Source of the DNA: Laetmonice hystrix
Taxonomy: Eukaryota
Reading direction: 5' to 3'
Length of the DNA: 64,000 nt
NCBI GenBank assembly: GCA_965235115.1
Contig: OZ249441.1
Location: forward strand, 15,934,001-15,998,000
Every line of letters begins with the position of its first letter. Positions within the stretch are counted from its first letter, which is position 1. Positions 54,554 to 64,000 of the stretch are shown here, piece after piece. The position numbers and the translations under genes were made by a program. The notes beneath the pieces are model-generated. The model saw only the letters and a list, made by a program, of their open reading frames with translations. It was not told where the DNA came from and did no database searches.

Positions 54554-54672
54554 AACCCCACTGCATACTGGCTTCAGCTGGCTTGGAATAACCCCACTGC
54601 ATACTGGCTTCAGCTCACCAAATATTTTAAAAAAAATGTTTCCTGGCTTGAAATACCCCCACTGCATACTGA
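54554..54672. repeat. Short 36-bp tandem duplication plus a partial third copy
   Basis: accccactgcatactg recurs near 54555, 54591 and (as cccactgcatactg) 54658. Confidence 0.7.
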
Positions 54673-55523
54673 TTACGACTCATCAAATCAGTTTACCAAA
54701 AATTCTTTTACTCGATAAAATCCCATTACAAGTAAACATGATCGCATGGAGTCGTGCTTGTTCATATCCAGGGCATAGCAACATCATCTGGTGATGGTGA
54801 CTTCAAAGAGCCTGCCGAACCTGATCCAATGCTAGTTGATACCAGCGCCATCAACGTCAATAATCCGAACCAATAAAACAAGGCTCACCCTGACCGGCAA
54901 AAATATTTCTCAAATTCTCTGAACCTCATCGGTTTCCTTTCCCATCCAATGCTGGTATGTGTGTACAGGTTCACGCATAAAGTAGCAGTCCCCTACCATA
55001 GCTGCCCTTAGACACTAGTCATAACATTTTCATGGACTATTTTATATATGGCTTAAAGGTCGCTCAAGGTTGCCTTCCTAAACAGGTCAAACCACTGATT
55101 CTGCAGGATAAATTTAAATTCCTAATCAATTAAGCAACAAAAATCCCAAATTTTATGGTCCGGAATATAAATGATCTCAGAAGTTGATTAATTTACAAGG
55201 GGCCACAGAAAGGGAACATTTCTTACCGACCACGTCTCATTAAAAACATGTTACAGACCATGCTTTCCCGGAATCAAATACATTGTTGAAACACAAACAC
55301 AGTTCTGACGATTACACATCCTTTATTCATGAAACTTTCTTCCAGAATTCTCCCTTTCAGATCACCCTGTTTGATGGCTTGAAAAAGACTGCTTTCATGC
55401 ATATGGAATCGGCAGTCGGCTTTTCAACTAAGACTGAATGGAAGAAGTTATTCACTACCCGCTGCCCTGCACGCACCCGTACGGAGTGAAGAATTTTCAC
55501 TTTCCTGCTTGGACGGCATGAGT

Positions 55524-55790
55524 TAACACAGCCCGGTTTGGTAGTACAGCCGGGTTTGGTAGTACAATAACACAGCCGGGTTTGGTAGTACAGCCAGGTT
55601 TGGTAGTACAATAACACAGCCGGGTTTGGTAGTACAGCCAGGTTTGGTAGTACAATAACACAGCCGGGTTTGGTAGTACAGCCAGGTTTGGTAGTACAGC
55701 CGGGTTTGGTAGTACAATAACACAGCCCGGTTTGGTAGTACAATAACACAGCCGGGTTTGGTAGTACAGCCGGGTTTGGTAGTACAATAA
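55524..55790. repeat. Bipartite minisatellite: 18-bp cagccgggtttggtagta units interspersed with an 8-bp caataaca insert
   Basis: Direct reading. Accounts for the TTKPGC ORFs. Confidence 0.92.
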
Positions 55791-56825
55791 TTCGGTACCA
55801 AGTCCATGTCGGTGTCATACAATCTGAATACGATCAAAACTCCGCCAATCGTCCTCAATCCATTCTACATGGGACTATGTAACATAACATCAAGCCAAGG
55901 CAGGCAGCGGAAAGGAATCTGATTCCCCGGCTTAGACTGACGACTTGGGAATTGATCTCCGAGAAACGATACTGGTACTTCAGCAGAAGAAGATTTCTGT
56001 AAATCCTTCACCAGGGATTTCACATCGAAGCGATTCTCAGTGCTTACAATAAGTAGGATAAGTTTAATGTGCTTTGGGAAGAAAAACATCTGAAAACGAG
56101 ATTGATTCAGGAGGCACTTGGCCGGAAACGGAATATCCGTCATTTTACGCTGACAACAGGGAATGTGACATCTGTGATATATTAGCAGAATGGGAGCACA
56201 ATGCTGGTCTTATCTCTTACAGGCACTGCCTGGACCTTCGATGGATGGTTAGGGTCAATGTTCGTGTGGAAATATCCAGAGGATGCCAACCATAGACTTA
56301 TAATAGATCCATGCATGCATCTGGTCACTTCTGCCTCGTGCCCACTGGTCACGGCCACAGACAGTGGACTGCTTACTTGGTATTATCAAACGGGAGAAGG
56401 CCTTCTGCATGAGAGGTTTGGTATTGATTTTGTCACCCGGAGCAGCGGCTGCCTGGAGAGTCTAACTCTTGCCTGGCCTTCCTGTAGGAGGTCAGGCAGG
56501 TTTCCCTGCCGGACGCGCTGATTGGCCCGCTGAGATGAGCCAAGGGAGGGGCTGGAATGTTTGATGAGTTCTTCACACTCCACGCCCGCCTTCAACGTTT
56601 CTTGTCACACGACCCATCAACTATGATAATATGACAGGCGTTCTAGGCCATCAGGGGGTTAGACCCTACCGTGATACGGAAACAGGCCTTCTAGACCATC
56701 ACGGGGTTAGACCCTACCGTGATAGGGAAGCTGGAATTGTTTATCGACAACCCTCACATCTGCCACGAGCGTGAAATGACCATTGAATATATTGAGGCGG
56801 AAGACAGGCTTATTTTATAAGGGGC

Positions 56826-57785
56826 AATAGTCGGTTGTACGAGGTGGCCTGTGAAGGCACAATAGTCGGTTGCCTGTGAACGGGTAATTGTCGGTTGTAC
56901 AACGTCGGCTGTGAACGGGTAATTGTCGGTTGTACGACGTCGCCTGTGAACGGTCGGTTGTACGACGTCGCCTGGGAATAGTTGGTTGCCTGTGAACGGG
57001 TAATTGTCGGTTGTATGACGCCAGCTGTGAATGGGTAGTTGTTGGTTGTATGATGTCGCCTGTAAATGGGTAATTGTCGGTTGTACGACGTCGGCTGTGA
57101 CTGGGTAGTTGTCGGTTGTACGACGTCGGCTGTGAATGGTTAGTTGTCGGTTGTACGACGTCAGCTGTGAACGGGTAATTGTCGGTTGTATGACGTCGGC
57201 TGTGAACGGGTAATTGTCGATTTTATGACGTCAGCTGTGAACGGTCGGTTGTACGACGTCGCCTGGGAAGGGACAATAGTTGGTTGCCTGTGAACGGGTA
57301 ATTGTCGGTTGTATGATGTCGCCCGTGAATGGGTAGTTGTCGGTTGTATGACGTCAGCTGTGAATGGGTAGTTTGTGGTTGTACGATGTCGCCTGTGAAT
57401 GGGTAATTGTCGGTTGTATGACGTCAGCTGTGAATGGGTAGTTTGTGGTTGTACGATGTCGCCTGTGAATGGGTAATTGTCGGTTGTATGACGTCAGCTG
57501 TGAATGGGTAGTTGTCGGTTGTATGACGTCGGCTGTGAATGGTCGCCTGGGAATATATGCATATGGCATTGCTCCGAGTGCGAGATGGGCCTATCTCAGC
57601 ACGCGTCAGGCGTCAGGCCAGTTGTACGACGTCAGCTGTGAACGGTCGGTTGTACGACGTCGCCCGTGAAGGGACAATAGTCGGTCGCCTGAGAACAGGC
57701 AATAGTCGGTTGCCTGTGAACGGGTAGTTGTCGGTTGTAGGCCTACGACATCGCCCGTGAAGGGACAATAGTTGGCTGTACGATG
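56826..57785. repeat. Diverged 35-bp CpG-rich minisatellite
   Basis: Consensus about gtcggttgtacgacgtcggctgtgaaYgggtaRtt, with many CpG transitions, deletion units and a unique interruption near 57550-57620. Confidence 0.9.
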
Positions 57786-57862
57786 TCTTTAAAGCCCGGC
57801 GAACACTATTCAACTATCCCTCGTAAGTTAGCCATAGAACCAACTCACAACGGATTATTTTA

Positions 57863-58946
57863 GGGGCAGACCATTTAATGGCTGGGGGGAGGGTATGGTT
57901 TTTCTTTGTGACCAAACTTTTTTTTTTGCTCCCAACAAAAAACAAACAATTTTTTTTCTCCCTAATCAAAAGCAAACATTTTTTTTCTCTGAGGTGGCAG
58001 AGACAAACTTTTTTCCGGGACATAATTCTGCAGCAACCATTATGTTATCCCGTAAATTTCTGTTCCACAGGCATAGGCGCCGGAAGATATTCACAGGTGG
58101 GCGGGGGGGAGACCAAATCATAGGTCCCAAGTTCCAAAATGCTGGTGATGAGAGCGTCGAAGGCGCGAAGCCTCGAGCAGAGTGTCTGGGGGCCCTTCCC
58201 CAGAAAAAAATGAAAACTAAAGTGCCAAACACACGTTTTCCTGACATCTGGGAACAAAATCTAGGCCCTCTGACGGTCTGACCATCTCCTGCCACCTTGG
58301 AGCTGGGGGGGGGGGGGCGGTAAAACTATATGCTTGCCCCGACAGCTTTTGAGCTTGGGGCGGGCAACAGGGGCCCCCTGTCCCCCGGGTTCCGGCGCCT
58401 ATGACAGAGGTTGAAGAAAATCTCCGGTTCCTAGATATAACGTCTCTAACACAGCCTTAGGAATATATGATTGTACTGCAGCTTTGAACCATGCAGTACT
58501 TTTATAATAGACTATGAAACAAATTGGAAGTTCTAATTGTCTTCACAGATTTGTGGGCTTTCAAATGTTTTGTAGTGCATGCAAGCGAATGTCAACAAAA
58601 AACAATTGATCAAGTTATACTAGTATTCAATTGCATGTGATATTGTTCAGATTGATATGTTTCACTGAGTATTGATATAGTATGCCTAAATAAAACTGTT
58701 GACCGAGCGGAGCGAGGAAAATTTTTGGTCTTCTTTTAATTTTTTTTAGCAGTTTCGGGCAGATTTCTTTTATAAATCTGCTGCCTGTCAACAATCTATT
58801 TTTTTTTCACACACATTGCCAAACAAACTATTTTTTTCACACATATTTGAGAACAAACTATTTTTTGGGGTCAACTTGGCAAACAAACTTTTTTTTTACG
58901 AAAAAACCATACCCCCCCCCCCCCCAGCTATTAAATGGTCTGCCCC
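57863..58946. mobile_element. PIF/Harbinger (Tourist-like) MITE, TSD TTA
   Basis: TIR ggggcagaccatttaatRgctggggg...gtatggttttt at both ends, tta immediately outside both, subterminal aaac(aaac)tattttttt repeats. Confidence 0.75.
58072..58403. mobile_element. hAT-like MITE nested inside the Harbinger-like element
   Basis: 14-bp perfect TIR cataggcgccggaa / ttccggcgcctatg. Flanks acagg / acaga (4 of 5 match). Confidence 0.7.
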
Positions 58947-60618
58947 TTATAGTGTACATTCTCTGAAGACGCGATTTTCAGTTTTAAGTTGAAAAGAAAA
59001 ATGAATCGGGTCCAACGACTGTTGTATAGTGTGTGCTGCCTGTACGTTCCTAACAACGGGGCTGCTCAATTGAAATATTAAAAAAAATTGTCGGAAATAG
59101 AATATGATGCCGAGTTAAACTATAGAATTTGCACATGCAGGCTTATAAACAGACCGGTATATAATAAAGCTGAAAACAACTAGTATTTCCGTATGGGCTC
59201 TAACGAAGCGGAAAGATTGGGAGAGAACGATATTGTAAGGGTTTCTGATCACAGAAGACATATAAAAAATGCTACTTTTCAACTACTTTGTCAGGCGTTA
59301 AAATAGAACAAAAACCGATTGTTATAAGGTATATGATGAAACAATACAAAAACAAAAACAAAAAAGTGATGAACGGCAGCAGACTTCGTTTAAAATGATA
59401 AAGAGTATGAGAAAGCCGAGTTTTGTCGCCGACACCAAGTGATTAGCAGGTAGAACCCCGACTAATCCCCCTGTTAAATACTGCCGGTATCTGGGAGCCA
59501 TTATCTAAATGATCCCCTCACACACACCATCCTGTGTTCACACTAAGCCGAGTATTAACCACCTCTCCACCGCCCAATAATACCCGGCTTAATCAACTCT
59601 GAAACTGCGCGCCTTTACATGCTGTTACCATAATTAAATGGACCCTTTTTCACGACGTTCGATGGGGTTATTCACGGATCCCAAATCTATATTTAATAAC
59701 GGCAGAAACGCATGGCTCCCATATTCCGATGACTGACTGCATGACTGGAGCACACAAAAAGGTCAAACTTTCTGGAACTGTTTCGGAAACGTCTGACTCG
59801 TTTCTTTAACTGACAACCGCCAAGACGGTCAAGGCCGAGTTCCAGGGAGGTTTTCACCAAAATGACCTACTTACGCCATGATACGACTAGACAAAATAGA
59901 CTACCAGGGCCTATAAAGATCGATATACATTATTGTTATGATGAACCAGCATCTCCTTGCTCTATATGAAAAATATGTACGAACATTATGGCTCCATGTT
60001 AAAGAACTATGAAATTCATACGCGATTGTAAAATAAATTTGACCAGAGCATCCAATTAAAAATCCAAGGCTTAAGCCAATCAATAGCAATCATAAGTCAC
60101 GCTTCTGACACTAAATCTACTTTACTTCTTTCTCCAATACAAACTTTCTCTCTTTTTTCCCATTTAACGAGGCTTTAGATTCCGAAACCAATTCCAAGTG
60201 GGGCATCCAACAACTGACAGCTTAATCCTTAATTGCACATGTTCAGGCGACAAATGTCTACATAAAAGATTGGATTCGTTTTCTACTGGCTGCTTCTGTG
60301 CTAAATCTCATGGTCTGGCTCAGAAAGCAATAGGTCAAGGGAACTTAATTCTATCCAGTCAATATTTTGACAGTTGGTACTACATTTAAAATTGGAAATT
60401 TGCAGGTGTTCAGTCATTGATTGAGTCCTTCGCATGCTATTGACAGACTTCAATGAAGGATTTGATGAGAAAAAAACATTTAAGTGGAAGATTAAAGCCC
60501 AATTTCAAGGTTCAAAAACACACAAGTACTTTTTAAAGTACTTAGCTGTGTAAAATCAATCGTCTCTTTATTGGAAAATATCATGCAATGGCCTCCGAGT
60601 ACACACGTCGCATGACTA

Positions 60619-60921
60619 AATAACAAACGACCTTCTCGATGTAAGACAGTGTCTGTCTGACAGACACGTTGTGCTGATAACGATGACAATAACAAACGAC
60701 CTCCTCAATGAAAGCAGAGTAAGACAGTGTCTGTCTGACAGACACGTTGTGCTGATAACGATGACAATAACAAACGACCTCCTCAATGAAAGCAGAGTAA
60801 GACAGTGTCTGTCTGACAGACACGTTGTGCTGATAACGATGACAATAACAAACGACCTCCTCAATGGAAGCAGAGTAAGACAGTGTCTGTCTGACAGACA
60901 CGTTGTGCTGATAACGATGAC
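60619..60921. repeat. 78-bp tandem repeat, about 4 units
   Basis: gtaagacagtgtctgtctgacagacacg recurs with period 78. Confidence 0.93.
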
Positions 60922-61274
60922 ATGTATTCGTGAAGATCAAACATGCCGACATAAATCTGCAAATAAAATGCAAAGAAATAACGAAACCATTTCCAGACGC
61001 CACAGTACCTAAGATTGACTGCAATGTCCAGTGCCATGGATTTATCATAATCAGGGAGATTAATTTAATTCTACTGATCTTTCATTAATATAATCCCAAA
61101 AGTGGTGTTCAGGAGACCCCAAATCCGCCAAGTTGGAGTAGTATTTTGGTACCTAACACATCAGTTACCAAGGGCTGCAGCAGGCTCCCTGGTCCTGCCT
61201 TCCATTATCTGATTACCTCCACTACCCAGCAATCAATGAGGCAATGCTGGGCCGCATTATACCTCAAATACACC

Positions 61275-61872
61275 CACCGACGGCACAAAGTCACCATGCA
61301 CGCCTACCGACGGCACGTCACCATGCACGCCTACCGACGGCACAAAGTCACCATGCACGCCTACCGACGGCACAAAGTCACCATGCACGCCTAACGACGG
61401 CACAAAGTCACCATGCACGCCTACCGACGGCACAAAGTCACCATGCACGCCTACCGACGGCACAAAGTCACCATGCACGCCTACCGACGGCACAATTAAA
61501 GTCACCATGCACGCCTACCGACGGCACAATTAAAGTCACCATGTACGCCTACCGACGGCACAAAGTCACCATGCACGCCTACCGACGGCACAAAGTCACC
61601 ATGCACGCCTACCGACGGCACAATTAAAGTCACCATGCACGCCTACCGACGGCACAAAGTCACCATGCACGCCTACCGACGGCACAATTAAAGTCACCAT
61701 GCACGCCTACCGACGGCACAATTAAAGTCACCATGTACGCCTACCGACGGCACAAAGTCACCATGCACGCTTACCGACGGCACAATTAAAGTCACCATGT
61801 ACGCCTACCGACGGCACAATTAAAGTCACCATGTACGCCTACCGACGGCACAATTAAAGTCACCATACACGC
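61275..61872. repeat. 30/34-bp minisatellite, about 19 units
   Basis: Unit accgacggcac(aatt)aaagtcaccatgYacgcct. Confidence 0.95.
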
Positions 61873-64000
61873 CCACGGAACACCGCTGTTTTCAATCAGG
61901 CTTGAAAAGAAAGGGGGAATGAAATGACCTTTACCAAGAAGGCCTCTCGTTCTTCTTGGTTCACCTTAAATCTACCATGATGGATTCTTTGAGGACAGAT
62001 TGCGCCTGTCTGCGCCGAGTTTTCCAACGCCTCCGTGCTAAGACGGAAACGAGGGCAGAGTTTGTTAAATGAAGGGAGACAACACTGCCTCCTCCGACCA
62101 GACTCTTCCTCCTCCCTTGACACACTATTGATCCTCCCCGGGTCCCCGACCCATTTCCTCGACTCAAGCCATGCACCTTTCACCTGCTATTGACCTGCAA
62201 CCTCGACGCTCACCGTCAACACATCTCTCCAATCTCTGCTCTATAATAAATATACTAAACGGTGTCTACCGCTGAAATTCTCATCAAAAACAACTGACAT
62301 CTAAATATAAAGCTATACCTATACAATACTACAGATGTGTCAGCAAGCAGCCACATACAATGACCACTTTCAGCATACCTCCTGAGATTGGGACCCAAAC
62401 TGGCCCAGGTCCACAGCTACCACGCCTCCCGGCCCATTAGATTTCCCCTCGGCTAAATCTGCATACAGCATGTCAGCAGAGATGGAGGTAAATAACAATA
62501 GGAAGTACAACAGCGAGGCAGTGGTCATATCTACGGCTCCATGTCCGATGGCAAAGTCTGCCTTTAGATTTGGCTGTCTGTACTGGCAGGGTTTCCCAGG
62601 CAGAGTGTCCCCTACCAGAGAACATTTGCTAAGCCCTTACCTCAGGCAGTGGTACCACGTACCAGAATTGCTGTACTGCCTTATACAGACATGCAGTGGA
62701 TTTGTACAAATATTTACAGAGGCTTCATATCAGCCGATCCAAGGCTACCGATGACAAGAATATACGCGCCTATTTTGTCGCTTGAAGATGTACTGTTCTC
62801 ATAACCTAAGGAAGACATCGATTATTTCTAAAACATCACCCTCATTGAAATACACACATTCTATTTCCTGCTTTCTTTTCCAACAATGGTAACTTTCATG
62901 TCCGTATACACCTGATGGTTTGGCGTCAGTCCTAAAGGCTGGTTTGTCAATAGCTCACCCGCTGACCTGGCTAGCTGCCTACCGTCGCGGGGGGGGGGGA
63001 GACCAACTGGTATCATGCCGCCAGCGTGTCTCGCCAAGGATGGCGTGCACATACATCCTTTGTTCGGAAGAGGATGACTGCCACAACACATTCCCAAACA
63101 TCACGGTGATGGCTACCAACATCCGCTATTTATGGTACGGTCCCTCAGTAGACAGTGTTGGTGACCCCAGTATAGCCACTGTTTTTGACGTTAATAGGCA
63201 GTGTTAATGATCTTTCGATGCAGTGCCGAAGACCTTCCTTCATTATCAAGAACTGCAAGTGAAGGCAGTAGTTTGCACAACACAACGTTAGACAATAACA
63301 TAAATGTGATAGCTAATGTGACGTCACATCAAGATTTGTCCGTTCCGCATAGTAATTGACTTATGATACCAGATTTATGAGATTATTCTTATCAAATCTG
63401 AGAGAAGAGCAGCTAGAGAAAGACAGATTCTACCGATCCATACAAAATCGTACGGTACTGGAAGTTCAAGACTATAAATCACTACACTGTTGAGATTCTG
63501 TAACACCTAACAGTCTCGTAAGTTGAGTACCATATGAACAAGAAATTGCGCAAAAAAATGTTGAAAACGGGCTCTGTATCATAATATAAAATTTTGATTC
63601 TATAGTTAAACAAATTTAGGTTTGGGATTAAGAAAACCTATCACTTGCCGCCCCTTGTCAATGTAAGAATCGTTTCCCATTGAGTTCACCATCATTCCAC
63701 TCAATGGATTCCTATACTTGTAGCCTCTATGGGTAACCAGACCGTCGGAAGATTCAGTATGTATATTGGTGGCCAGTTCCCGGCGGACACCATGCCCTGC
63801 CGAGCAGGGTGACGATTAACGGTTCAGATCAGCCTCCTGGTACACCTAGTATCATCTCCTGTAATGACCTGCAGTGACACAGACTCATCAGATCACCTTG
63901 GGTGTGATGCTTCACAATGTCGTCCTATTATAGCCACGATAAATCTGGCATGCTAACGACGTCCAAGAGTGTGGTAAGAGCTGGTCGTCGCGGGACCCTG

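Noticed and set aside
54920-54960. HWMGK motif as the TULP4 first-exon SWMGKVP
   Set aside because: The context (QHWMGKETDEVQRI*) does not match and terminates in a stop.
1122-61872. CRISPR-like interpretation of the many 20-85 bp repeats
   Set aside because: Units are head-to-tail with no unique spacers, there are no cas genes, and the context is a spliced eukaryotic gene.

Overview
Eukaryotic (metazoan, probably invertebrate) genomic DNA, not prokaryotic. The only gene I can support is a TULP4/Tusp (tubby-like protein 4, WD40 region) orthologue on the minus strand. Two coding exons are visible (4972-5100 and 3582-3746), both phase 0 with GT-AG boundaries. I did not find the upstream coding exon or the next downstream exon, so most of the window is probably intronic. 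Roughly 24 kb (about 37%, hand estimate) is more than 20 mutually unrelated minisatellite arrays (units 18-113 bp) that appear to have been amplified in place from local sequence. Nearly all long ORFs in the track are artefacts of these arrays. Also present: two near-identical young tRNA-derived SINEs in inverted orientation with 12-bp TSDs, a Helentron/HINE-like element carrying three tandem tRNA-like units, three hAT-like MITEs with apparent 5-bp TSDs, two PIF/Harbinger-like MITEs, and decayed TE-like coding remnants. The most unusual observation is a 58-bp array that has multiplied the TULP4 splice acceptor plus the exon start. It leaves 9 near-perfect and 3 diverged decoy AG|GTG sites upstream of the only productive one, which suggests recursive (ratchet) splicing or strong proximal-site selection. 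No CRISPR array, rRNA or clearly functional tRNA gene was found.
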